A stretch of 64,000 bases of DNA, from NCBI RefSeq assembly GCF_009914755.1, contig NC_060928.1; one strand, given 5' to 3'. Position numbers and translations under genes: made by a program. The stretch comes from the human T2T-CHM13v2.0 reference genome, Homo sapiens. Shown here piece after piece: positions 44,921 through 60,000 of the stretch; within the stretch, counting starts at the first letter, position 1, and each line of letters starts with the position of its first letter. The notes under the pieces are model-generated. The model did not search any database. It saw only the letters and a list, made by a program, of their open reading frames with translations, and had not been told where the DNA came from.

Positions 44921-46759
44921 ATCTCTGTCTGGGAATTTGTTTGCCTTTCTTCTTCTCTACACTTGGAATATAGAAAGAAAAATTCATATTTTAATCCAGG
45001 AAATCAAGGTCTTTTGATATCCTATCCCCAAATCCAACTATCCCTTATTTTCTTATGTTGGATTATTATTATTATTTGCTTATTTTTTGGGCCAATGGTA
45101 GAATAAGATTATACATTACTATGGAAAAACAAATTTCAAAAGATATGATTTTCTATAAAATGTCTTCTACTTAACTTCTAGAGGGCTGATACATTTTACC
45201 CCTACATGTAGCTGCCAGGGTTTCTAGTCTTCATCTTTCACTAAAATTGTGCCTATCATAATAGCTCTAAAATTGCCTACAGAACATTAGATAATGGCAG
45301 AAGAATTGAACCAGTAAAAAGAACAGATGCAAAGCTAACCTTTTTGTTTTCAATGCATCTATTGCTCTAAATAATTTCAGCAGACAGTGTTTAGTTCTCC
45401 TTTAGGTTAACATTTTACCCTCAATATGTTAGCAAAAAAAAGGATACATAATTGTACTTTTCCTTATACTTACTGTAAAAAGATTTCTTCTTATTTAAGA
45501 GTAGGTATGCAGATGATTGCATGAGTATATGTTAATGTATTTTCTAGAGAAATAGAGAAAAATTAAAAAATGCTTGAAAAGCCAAGTGTACAGTAGGATA
45601 TGATATATATTAATATATATGTTTCAATAAATAAGAGTGAAAAACACATTTACAGTACTGATAAAATGGCAATTTATAAGTTAACTTGTATTAAGTAAGG
45701 TTTCTGAGTCTCTTTACCTCTAAAATGGGGATCAAACATCTCAGAGATTTGTTTAGGGGGAGATAAAAATAATGTATCTGGGTACCTGAAAATCATAAAG
45801 CACTGTGGTGTTATTTTTAAACTGTTCATAATCTAAAAAGTAGTGTTGTTATTATTGAGATGAAACTTTGTAGACTGGCATTTATATTTGAATTTTGGAA
45901 ACTATTTGAACCAAAAGTATAAAAATGTGCTTTAAATAAGATTTTATCTACAGTAAACTCATGTTTAATCTATACTGAAAGCATACCTTATAAACTGAAG
46001 GTAATGCAATAAATGCTATCATTTTTATGGTAATAGTATATACAAGCAGTTAGCATTATGTAAATAAAAAAATTAATTTAATAAAATCTTGGGTTAGTAT
46101 ATGTATTCATAATGAGGTATTCAAAGAACTTAACAATAATTATTGCTCATTTACATACTGCATGTAAGTAATACCAGTCATAAATATGTGATTAAAATTT
46201 AACAAAGAAATAGATTTTAAAAAATCAAAGATTAAGTAGAGATTTTCCCAAAATACATTCCGTTCAAAAACATTCAATCTATTAACCAAGATTACATATC
46301 TTTACTTATTATTTTCTTCAATTAATAAACTTCAGTCAGAATTCTCAAGCAGTTTTAGCTATTTAAGAGAAAACTGATGGGAAAGACTTTGGCACTAGAT
46401 GAAATAATTATTTTGGCAATTCTTTAGTTTAGGGATGAAAATAGTATTAAGACTAAGAAGTAAAGGTCAAAGTGAAATTTTAAACTGAATTTACTGAGGT
46501 AAAACTGCCAGAAAGATTCCTTCTTTGAAAAGCCAGCCTCCCTAATCCTTACTCTCCACACTGTTTTTATAGTGGTTTCTAAATGTAAAGTGATAGTAAT
46601 GAGCTAACATAGCTGAGGAAAAACAGAATACTAGAACATCATGTCCTTTGTACAGATTATTTAGATATAGAAGACTGTCATAAAGTTCTTGGGCAGACTG
46701 CAAAGTAAAAAAAATTAACTGTTAATTACTAAACTTGTAATAATGATTTTTTACTCTTT

Positions 46760-46975
46760 TGGAGTGCTTATTATGTACTAGACACTGAATTAGGAGCTTT
46801 ACGTATATCATTATTAAAGTAACCCTGCCAGGGTGGTATTATTTTAAGTATGCTAATGATTACAAATAGGGAACTAGAGAGGTTATGTGAATTATTCAAG
46901 ATTATATGAAGAAAAAGGAACAGGCTTGAAATTTGAAACCAAGTCCATCTAACAGCAAAGCTCATGCTTTTTCTA
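46760..46975 (-). mobile_element. MIR
   Basis: ttacaaatagggaactagagaggttatgtgaattattcaag...tttgaaaccaagtcc core. Confidence 0.65.
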
Positions 46976-47547
46976 TTATAAAACTCTGCTTCAGGGAATA
47001 AATACAATAGATGCATGCAGAAATGAAAGTAAAATTGATTTTTCTTCTAATATCCACTTTTAACCTTCCATTCTACTAGTAATAGAGTACAATTTATCTC
47101 AGTTTATAAAAGCCGCTTTTAAAATCTGTTTTTGACTCAGACATAAGAATATATAATATGAACCTGAATTCTGATTATGCTAATTTTAATAAATATTCTT
47201 TTTACAGCATGCATACATTATTTTTGTATCTGCTTTCTATTATACTAATATATTTGAACCTTCAAATAAACAATATTAAAAATGTAGACATTTCAGATAA
47301 AAAAGAACAAAAATCAAAAATATTTTATGTACAGAATTCTATAAACATAAAAAATTAAACAAAATAGGTACTTTTAGAAAAAATTTTGAGAAAATAAACA
47401 TGTTAACTAAATAGAAATACTTTTCAAACAACATGAACTTACAGAAGTGGTTTTTCAGACAAGTTTCCTCAATTTATGTAAAAGAGGTAATTCCTTTTAT
47501 AGAAAATGATTAAATAGCAGACAGGAGAAATAAATAAAATTTAAAAA

Positions 47548-47675
47548 ATAATTTCAACTTTTATTTTAGATTTAGGAGTACATGTGCAGGTTTGTCACAA
47601 GGGTATATTGTATGATGCTGAGGTTTAGGGTGATTCCTGTCAGCCAGGTAGTGACCACAGTACCCAATAGGTAAT
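47548..47675 (-). mobile_element. Short L1PA16/17-like 3' end within an ancient L1 relic
   Basis: tttcaacttttattttagatttaggagtacatgtgcaggtttgtcacaagggtatattg...acccaatagg. Confidence 0.8.
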
Positions 47676-48159
47676 ATAATCTTAAGACCAAAGCCTGACA
47701 AGGACAAAAAGCAAAAGAAAATTATAGACTTATCTAATCTATAAACATAGGTGCATAAATTTTTTTAAAAACTAGCAAATCAAATATAGCCAGTATGTCT
47801 TTTTGTTAGTGACCAAGTAGACTTTATCTCAGGAATGTAATGACCATTAAATATAAGAAACTGTAATAATATAATACATTATCACAATAAAAGATGAAAT
47901 AATCCCAAATTAATACAAAATAAGCATTTGATAAAATTTAACATTCATGATAAACACTCAAATACAGAAAAGATGGTACAATAATTGTCTCAATAAAGAG
48001 TATAAAAAACGTCAAACTTAAATGATGAAATTAGAAGCATTTTCATTAAACTCGGGAACAAGTAAGTCTACCTACTCTTAAACTAGAGGTTCTGTCCAAA
48101 GCAATAGACAATAAACAATTGGAAACATAATAACTTGAAAGAAAGAGATAAACTTATTC

Positions 48160-48310
48160 ATATATATAGGGGTGTGTGTGTGTGTATTATATACACACTG
48201 TATATATATATATAGAGAGAGAGAGAGAGAACTATATATATAGAACTGTATATATAGAACTGTATATATATATATAGAACTGTATATATATATATTTATA
48301 TATATATACA
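48160..48310. repeat. Compound microsatellite (TA)n(TG)n(GA)n plus [GAACTG(TA)n] units
   Basis: Directly visible. Confidence 0.95.
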
Positions 48311-48369
48311 ATTGGTTGAATTCGCTACAAGCTATTAGTCTTAGAGAATCAATACCAACATACTTAGAC

Positions 48370-50545
48370 ACGAAACAGAACACCTTTAATTAACACATAG
48401 GTCAAAATATTAACTAAATGGAAATGAAAACACAACATCAAAATTGGTGGAATGCATCAAAAACAATGCTCAGAGGAAAATGTACAGCTTTGAATGTATA
48501 TATTAGAAATAAGGGAAGTTCTAAAATCAATGATCTAAGCTTCCACCTTAGAAAACTAGAAAAAGAACAGCAAATTAAGTTCAAAGTGAGTAGAAGAAAA
48601 ATAAAAATCAGAGCAGAAATCAATGAAATTGAAAACAGTAAATCAAAGAGATCAATGACACCAAAAGCTGGCTCCTTGCAAAGATGAATAAAATCAATAA
48701 GCCTTTAACCAGCTAAGAAAAAAAAGATTATTCAAATTACAAATAGCAGAAATGAAAGAGATCTCAGTACAGATCCCATAGACAATAAAATGATAACAAA
48801 GGAATACTATGAACCATTCTATGCCCATAAATTTGATAGCCTGGATAAAATGGCTTGAAAGACACAATATGACAAAACTTATATGAGAAGAATTAGATAA
48901 TCTGAATAGGCCTGCATCTATTAAAGAAATTCAATCAATAATTAAGAACATTTCCAAACAGAAAGTATCAGACCCAGATGAATTCACTGGTAAATTCTAT
49001 TAAAGACTGAAGGAAGAAATTATGCCAACTGTCTACAATTTCTTTGAGAGGACAGAAGCAAAACGAATATGTCCTAACTCATTCTATGAGGCCAGTATTA
49101 CCCTAAATACTAAAACTAGACAAAGACATTACAAGAAAACAGTATCTCTCATGAACATAGATACCAAAATCCTCAACAAAATATTATCAAAGTCAAATCC
49201 AACAATGTATAAAACAAATTATATACCATGAACAAGTAGAATTTATCCCAGGCATGCAAGGCTGTTTTAACATATGAAAATTAATTAATGTAATTCTTGC
49301 ACCAACAAGCTAAAGAAGAAAATTCACATGATCATACAAATAGATACAGGAAACACATTCTACAAAATCCAACATGCATTCATGATAAAAAATCTCTCAG
49401 CAAATTGGGAATAAAAGAGACCTTACTCAACTTGTAAAAAACATCTACAAAAACCTACAGCTCACACAATACTTTCTGGTGACACCCTAGAAGCCTTCCT
49501 GCTAAGATCAGGAACAAGGTAAGGATGTCCTCTCACCATTTCTTTTTAACATTATATTAGATGTTGTATCTAATGCAATAACACAAACAAAGAAAATAAG
49601 AGGTGTACTAATTGGCAAGGAAGAAATAAAACTGTCCATTTTTCAAATAATGTGATCATATATGTAGAAAATCTGAAGGAACTGAGCAAAAAACTGGAGC
49701 TAATAAGTAACTACAGCAAGGTAGCAGGACTCGAAGTTAATATAAAAGGTCAAACGCTTTCCTGTATACCTGCAATGTACAAATGGAATTTGAAATAAAA
49801 AATAATACCACTTACATCAGCATTCCTCAAAATCAAATACTTAGATATAAGTCTAACTATATATATATAAGATCTAAATGAGAAAAACTATAAAAATCTG
49901 ATGAAAGAAATCCAACAACTAGATAAATGAAAAAATATTCCATTTCCTGGATAGGAGACTCAATAAAGGTTGAATATCTCTAGTTCCAAAATCCATAATC
50001 CAAAATGTTCCAAAATCGGAAACATTCTGAGTACCAAGATGATAGTCAAAGGAAATGCTCATTGGAGCAATCTGGATTTTGTATTTTTGGATTAGGAATG
50101 CTCAATCAGTAAGTATAATGCAAATATTCCAAAATCAGAACAAATAAAATATCTGAAGCACTTTTGGTCCCAAGCATCTTTGAAAAGAGACAATCAACCT
50201 GTATTGTCAACAGTTCTTCCCAAATTGATATGTAGATTCAATGTAATCCCAATCAAAATAGCAGCAAGTTATTTTGTAGGTATCAACAAACTAATTTTAA
50301 AGTTTATTTGGAAACAAAGACTCAGAATAACCAACACAGTATTAAAAAGAACAGTTGGAGGACTGACACTTCTGAGCTTCAAGACAAATTATAAATCAAA
50401 ACAGCATAGTATTGGCAAAAGAACAGACAAACATCAATGAAAAAGAATAGAGAGTTCAGAAATCAACCCACATAAATACAACCAACTAATCTGTGAAAGG
50501 AACAAAGGCAATAAAATGGAAAAGTCAGTCTTTTTAACAAATGTT
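48370..50545 (+). mobile_element. Old L1 ORF2 segment (L1M-type)
   Basis: Relic peptides [54 protein letters not shown]. Confidence 0.85.
49966..50201 (+). mobile_element. Tigger4a/MER46-type MITE inside the L1
   Basis: AAGGTTGAATATC...CAATCAACCTG TIRs, TA flanks, 236 bp. Confidence 0.85.
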
Positions 50546-50660
50546 TTTCTGCTATAAAGAGGATATAATTCAAAATTTGAAACAAAGAAACTATTAAATA
50601 AGTTTGTATTTAGAACTGCTGAATTTCAAAGTTTCAAGCTATCTTACAGGTCATCTAGAA

Positions 50661-51181
50661 CAGTGTTCCTCAACTTTTTTGGCACCAAGGACTGTCTTCA
50701 TGGAAGACAATTTTTCCATGGACCCAGGGTGTGGCAGATGGTTTTGGGATAATTCAAGCATATTACATTTATTGTGTACTTTATTTCTATTATTATTACA
50801 TCATAATATATAATGAAATAATTACATGACTCTTCATAATGTACAATCAGTGGGAGCCCTGAGCTTGTTTTCCTGCTACTTAATGGTCCCATCTGGGGAT
50901 AATGGGAGATAGTGACAGATCATCAGGCATTAGATTCTCATAAGGAATATGCAACCTAGATCCCTCACATGCGCAGTTCACAAGAGGATTTGTGCTCCTA
51001 TGAGACTGTAATGCTGCTGCTAATCTGACAGGAAGCAGCGCTCAGGTGGTAATGCAAGTAAGGGAGCAGTGGCCGTAAATACAGATAAAGCTTTGCTGGT
51101 GTGCCTGCCATTCACCTCCTGCTGTATGGCCTGGTTCCTGTGACTGGTACCAGTCTGTGGCCTGGGGGTTGGGGATCCCTG
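50661..51181. mobile_element. MER1A-like hAT-Charlie MITE
   Basis: CAGTGTTCCTCAAC...GTTGGGGATCCCTG TIRs with a perfect 8-bp TSD ATCTAGAA. Confidence 0.9.
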
Positions 51182-52128
51182 ATCTAGAACAACATTTACC
51201 ATTTACTGACAAATTAGTTCTCTCACCAAAATTCATTACATGGAAATATCTTCAGCTGAATATTTCTAGTATTTGAGAACTTACTTTCTTCCAGGCAGGC
51301 AGAAGACAACTACTACTTTTGGAAAACTATAATGCAAATATTTATTTATAAGTGTGGGTTCTTATTCTTTTCTCTCTCAGGATATTTTAGAAATATCTTA
51401 TAATCTTTCATATATATATTCATTTAGCTGTTTCCCTCTCTATCATCTGTATATCTAGAGGCAGAGATTGTAATTATTGAAATTGCTCTGTATTCAATCA
51501 TAAGCAGGGTCATGTTTATAAGTGACCTTAATATAATTTGATTGTGATGGAAATATATGAACAAATGAATGTACCCATATATTTGGGGACATAAATAAAA
51601 TCATAGAAAGTGCCATATCTGAAAAGCAATACATACATATTAACAGAAATTCAATTTCGTGGAAATAATTATGATACTATGATAATATTAGAATATTCGA
51701 AATGTATGAATTATTATAACTGAAAGCTTTGTTGACCATATTTATAAACTGTGTTTAGTAAGAATGATAATGTTGAAACACCTACATGGCATAGTTTTAC
51801 AAATGCTGTTTCTTCTGTCAACCAACAATAAGTTCCTGCTCTATTAACAACTCTTTTTCTATTTTTTTAATTCTTTCTTTGCTTCTGTAATCTCTCACTA
51901 TATAACCAATTGATATATAAACAGATACTACAAATGCATACAAAAAAAGCAAAACTTGCTACCTGGAGGAGTACGTCAAAATAATCTTCCTAACTCTATA
52001 ACCAAATAGATATAATGGTTTTCTGGAATATTTCTATGAATCAAATCATGTGTTAGAAAATATCTACATTAAAAGGACATAAATGACACCATTAAGAACA
52101 ATAAAGATACTAGGGTATATTAATTTTA

Positions 52129-52464
<336 letters not shown>

Positions 52465-52911
52465 TTATTAGAAAAAATGTCAGTAAAAAAAACAATGTAT
52501 ATATTAATCAGCATATTTATGACTGGATTGATGGAAATATTTGGTATAATTTGCTTATATATATTTGTAAATGTATCTACTTATGTTTTCATGTGTGTCT
52601 TTTACTTGGAATTATCTACATATACATATGTATATATTTCAGAGTATCATTATTTAAATGCCACAGAATAGAACACATCTCCTTATTTAAAAATCTGCCA
52701 AATTTATGCTGATGTTTCCACTTTTCCAATGTGAAACAAAAGTTATAGGGGGAGAATACAATTTGGGAATAGGTAGACAAAAGATTTAGAAGATGTTGAT
52801 TGCTGATTCAGAATGAATTCTAGTAAAGTGAACTGACAGTTTTACTGCCATTAAATAAGATATAAAATTATCAGAAAAAATTTTTCAGAATCTCAATTCA
52901 GCATTTCTCAA

Positions 52912-53213
<302 letters not shown>

Positions 53214-53829
53214 AGCATTTCTCCATTCTTTAATAATCTCTTGAGTTAAATGAAGAAAGGTTTTAAAGTTTAATCAAGTAAGGTTTAAATGCACTTGACT
53301 AAAAGATAAAATAGAAACACTTTCATATTAGATTTCCTTTTGTTTCTCATGTTTGAAATGTAAGCATCTTTAATGCAGAGGTAATATACATAGAAAGGTT
53401 ACTACAACTCTATATTGTTTGTGTTTTGGATGAGACTGTATCTCTTTAGGAGGCCAACAGTCCTGATGAGAAGTTAGCCAGTCCTCTATGGCGAAAGTAG
53501 AAAGATCACAGAAAGGCGGAGAAATTCAAGAAGTTGACTGTGATGGAGTTTAGCACTGACTAGTTTTTATCTTTCCATATTTCTAAAAGTACAAATGGCA
53601 TATATTCTCATTTCCTCTGTAAAAGTCCAAGTGTCGGGCTCAGGCAGGCAATGGAGAAAAATATATTACATGTCAGAAAGTGGTAAGTTCTTTTTTTCTC
53701 CCCCTCTTTTTGAAATGAAGGGCTTGTAAGGGGAAAAGGAAATAGGCATTAAGTAAATTCTGTGGATAGTGCATGAGTAATCATTTAGAGTTATCTGCTG
53801 TGGTAAGGTGAAGAAATCTGGAAGAGGGA

Positions 53830-54030
53830 AAAAGAAGGTAACACTGACCATCTATTATGTGACAGGTATTGTATACTTTCACTTAATCCATTTAATTCTT
53901 ACAATGATTTTATTAAAGACAGGTATCGTAATTCTTCTTCCCACCTTCTATTTCTGCTAAAGACAAAGAAACTAAGACACAAGGAAGTTAAGTGATTTGT
54001 TAAGTATGTTACTATGAGTAGAAGTCTGAA
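53830..54030 (-). mobile_element. MIR
   Basis: catttaattcttacaat...aagaaactaagacacaaggaagttaagtgatttg core. Confidence 0.6.
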
Positions 54031-55199
54031 GTTACTATAAGGTTATAAGGCATCTTTTGTTACTTCCTAACTTAGATTTGGAATATGAAAAGATAGTCTG
54101 ATAAGACCAGTTACTCAATTAGGCATTCCTTAGTGATGTTTACCAACTTCACAGCTCATTACTTCCATGGCTACAAAAAGAGGTCAGATTTCATCACCTC
54201 ATATGCTATTCCTAATATAAAAACTATAAAACAGAGTGAAACAAGCTTTGAGGCATGGGCCTATTTATTTGGGCAATGGATAATATAGTGAAGCTCTCTA
54301 ACAATATCAACTTGTTATTTCACAAAGAAAATACAAACACAAACTAGAAGAAAAATCAAGGTTTAAGACAGGTTTCTCTAGCCTGTTTAAGAAAAAAGAG
54401 ATAGCACAATTCATTTTAGAAAACTTTCAATTCAAATAGTTAAGATAAAAATTTGGCAGCTAATGAGAGAAAATACTCAACCATCTAAAGTCTGTCTACT
54501 TAACACAGTTTAGTTTCCAAAGGAAAGGGTTTCAGTCCATAGATTTTGTATTTGCAGGGCTCAAATCAATTTGACACATCTGTCACCAGCAAAGTTTGAA
54601 GGTGAGTCAGTGATCTAGAGTAAAGGTTGTAGTGCAGTCCTTCAATCACTGGCATTGGAAAAGTTATTTTTATCTGCTTCCAAGACATCCCATCAACACC
54701 ATAAAAGGTTTACAGTGAATCTTGATGATGTACTGGCATCCATCCCGATTCTACCCTGATGGTTAGTTCTAACAGATATCTCATTTTCCATTTCACTTGA
54801 CTCATGTCACCTCTCATCTCAAAACCCTTCCAAAGCACATTATCATAATCAAAATATAATGCAAAAGTACTTTGTGAAGTGTACATTAAAATGCACAATT
54901 ACTCCTACAAAGTAATCTCTCATTACATGGCACTACTGTTTTTTAACCTTGCATTATAATTATTGAGACAATGCATTGTGAATAAAACATGGATTATGGT
55001 TTCCCAGGTTTGAATTAAAGCTCCATGAGGTATTTTGCAACTCTGGGTAAAATAACTTCTCTAAATCTATTAATTTCTTCATTGGCACCCATTAGTATTA
55101 GATCTTTCAGAAATACTGAACTATTTTCAATATGATAAACACAACCATTTGGGCAAGGATAGATGGAAAAGACAGCTTTCCTGAGCCTGCTCTTCTCTC

Positions 55200-56690
<1,491 letters not shown>

Positions 56691-56976
56691 GGCTCTGAGT
56701 CTCAAGACTCAGTGACTCTACTACTCCAGAGAATGCCTCTCCATATTTACCATTAAAATGGTCACTTTTGTAAAATTTGACAAAGTAAAAATATTTCAAC
56801 CACAACAATGAAGAATGCTGCCTCTTTCTACACCAAATTCTCTCCATTATACTTCCTTGATATTGGGCAACATTACAATGGCTGTGCATGCTCTACATAT
56901 AACTAAGAGTAAGCTGAACATATTTACTTTGGTTTAATAGGTCATATTTTTGTTATCTGAAGTAACTTCTGGGTAT

Positions 56977-57078
56977 TGACAAAGATGCTCTCCTTAACCA
57001 AAGTCTAGCCAGGCTCCTTAGAGCCCTTTTTTGACTAGGGTCCAAACTTTGCCTATAAAGACTTGAACAAAACATGAA
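56977..57078 (+). mobile_element. MER31-like LTR 5' fragment
   Basis: TGACAAAGATGCTCTCCTTAACCAAAGTCTAGCCAGGCTCC resembles MER31 LTR starts. Confidence 0.5.
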
Positions 57079-57099
57079 GATGGCTTGGTTTTTCTACTT

Positions 57100-60000
57100 T
57101 ACTGTTATTTTTAAATTAATACATAAAATTGTACATAGTTTATGTATTAATTAAATATGGAATACATGTGATATTTTGCTATATGCATACAATGTGTAAT
57201 GATCAAAACAGGGTAATCAGAACATCTACCAATTCGAATATTTATTTTCTTATGTTGGGAACATTTTAAATCTAGCTATTTTGAAATATATAACAAATTA
57301 TTGTTAACTATAGTCATCCTACTGTGCTGTCTATTGAACAACAGAGCTTATTCCTTCGGTCTAACTGTATTTTGTATCCATTAACCAACCTCTCTCTTCA
57401 TCCCCATCCCCCAGCCCATTCTTCTTAGCCTCTAGCAACTATCAATCTACTCTCAACCTCAACTTATTTAGTTTCCCAAGTATGAGTTAGAATATGTGAT
57501 ACTGTGAATATGACATAGTCTTTCTGTGCCTGGCTTATTTCACTTAATGTGATGACCTCCAATTACATCCATGTTGTTGCAAATGACAGGATTTCATTGC
57601 CTTTTATCGCTGAATGGTAATTCATTGTGTTTTTATGTACGTTTTCTTTATTCATTCATTCATTGATAGACACTTAAGTTGATTCTGTATGTTGGCTATT
57701 GTGAATAGTGCTGCAATAAACATGAGAGTGCAGACATCTCTGCGATATCCTGATTTCCTTTCTTTTGGACATATATCCAGCAGTGGGAATGCTGGATCTT
57801 ATGGTGCTTCTATTTCTACTTTTTTGAGGAACCTCCATACTGTTTTTCATAGTAGCTATACTAATTTACATTCCCACTAACAGTGTACTAACATCCCACT
57901 TTCTGCACCATCTATTATTTTTCTCTTCTTCGTAATAGCCTTTTAAACTTGGATAAAATTTCATTGGGGTTTTGATTTGCATTTCTCTGATAATTAGTGA
58001 TATTGAGTACTTTTTCATATACTTGTTGGCCATTTTTAAGTGTTTTTTTTTTTTTTAAATACAGGGTCTCACTAAGTTACCCAGGTTAGAGTGTAATGAC
58101 TACAGACATGATCATAGACTATGACCTACGACAAGCCTGAAACTTCTGGGCTCAAGTGATCTTATATCACAGCATCCTGAATACTTGGGACTACAAGTAT
58201 ACACCATCACATCTGTCTCTATGTCTCCTTTTCAGAAATGTCTATTCAGATCATCTACCCGTTTTTTAAATAGGATTGTTTTTTGGCTATTCATTTGAGT
58301 TCTTTATGTACTCTGGCTACTAATCCTTTGTTGGTTGAAGAGTTTGCACATTTCCTCCCATTCTGTAGGTTGTTTCTTCACTCTGTTGATTGTTTCCTTT
58401 GCTGTGAAGAATTTTAGCTTGATGTAATTCTATTTGTCTACTTTGGCTTTGGTTGCCTGTGTTTTTGTGGTCTGACCTCAAAAATCCTTGCCTAGTAGAT
58501 CAATGTTGTGAGACATTTCCACAACGTGGTCTAGTAGTTTCATGTCTTACATTTAAGTCTTTAATAAAGTTTGATTTAATTTTTGCATATGGTGAGAGAC
58601 AGGGGTCTAGTTTCATTAGTCTGCATATGGAGATACAGTTTTCCCAGCACCATTTATTAAAAAAAACCTGTCTTTTCCCCAATGTATATTGTTGGCACCT
58701 GTGTCAAAAGTAAGTTGGCTGTAAATGTGTGAATTTATTTCTGAGTTATCTATTCCATTTCATTGGTCTATGTGCAGGTTTTTATGTCAGTACAATGCTG
58801 TTTTGGTTACTACAGCTCTGTAGTATATTTGGGAATTAGTGTGAGGCCTCTAGTTTTCTTCCCTTTACTCAAGATTGCTTTTGCTACTTGGGGTCTTCTG
58901 TGGTTCCATAAAAATTTTAGGATTATTTTTTCGAATTCTGTTAAGAGTGTCATTGGTATTTTGATAGAAATTACATTGAACCTGTAGATCACTTTGGGTA
59001 GCATGAACATGTTAACATTATTAATTCTTCTAATCTATAAGCACATGATATCTTTTCATTTTTTATTGCCCTCTATAATTTATTTCATTAGTGTTTGTTC
59101 TCATTGTGGAGATCTCTCACTTCTTTTGTTAAATTTGTTCCTACATATTTTATTTTATTTGTAGCTATTTCAAGCAGAACTGCTTCCTTGATTTCTTTTT
59201 CAGATTGTTCACTGTTGGTTTAAAGAAATGCTACTGATTTTTATATGTTGATTTTGTATCCCAATTTACTGAATTCGCAAATCTGTTCTAACAGTTTTTT
59301 GGTGAAGTCTTGAGGGTTTTCCAAATATAAGGTCATGTCATCTGTGAAAAAGAATAATTTGAGTTCTTTCTTTCCAATTGAATGTGTTAATTTTTTTTTC
59401 TGTTGCCTAATTGCTCTGTCTAGAATTTCCAGTACTCTGTTGAATAAAAGTAGTGAAAGGAGGCATCTTTTTCTTCTAGATTTTACAAAAAAGCCTGTTG
59501 GTTTTTCCCTATTCAGTGTAGTAGCTGTGGGGTTGTCACATATGGCCTTTATTGTTCTGAGGTGTGGTCCTCTTATACCCAGTTCTTTGAGAATTTTTAT
59601 CATGAAGGAATGTTGAATTTTATCAAATACTTTTCTAGTATCTATTGAAAGAATCATATGGGTTTTGTTCTTGATCCTGTTAAGTGATGTAGCATGTTTA
59701 TTGATTTGCATATGTTGAATCATCACTGAATTCCTGGGATGAATCCCCCTTGACCATGGTGAATGATTTTTTTAACGTGTTGTTGAATTCAGTTGCTTGT
59801 ATTTTTGTTGAGAATTTTTCATCTATGTCCATCAGGGATATTGGTATTTAGAATGAGTTTGAAAGTATCCTCTCCTCTTCATTTTTTTTTTAAGAATTTG
59901 AGAGAATTTGCATTAGTTCTTTCAGCAACATAGGCATCCACTGCTGGACTTTTCTTTGATGGGAGACTTTTTTATTACAGCTGCTTATCTTGTTATTAAT

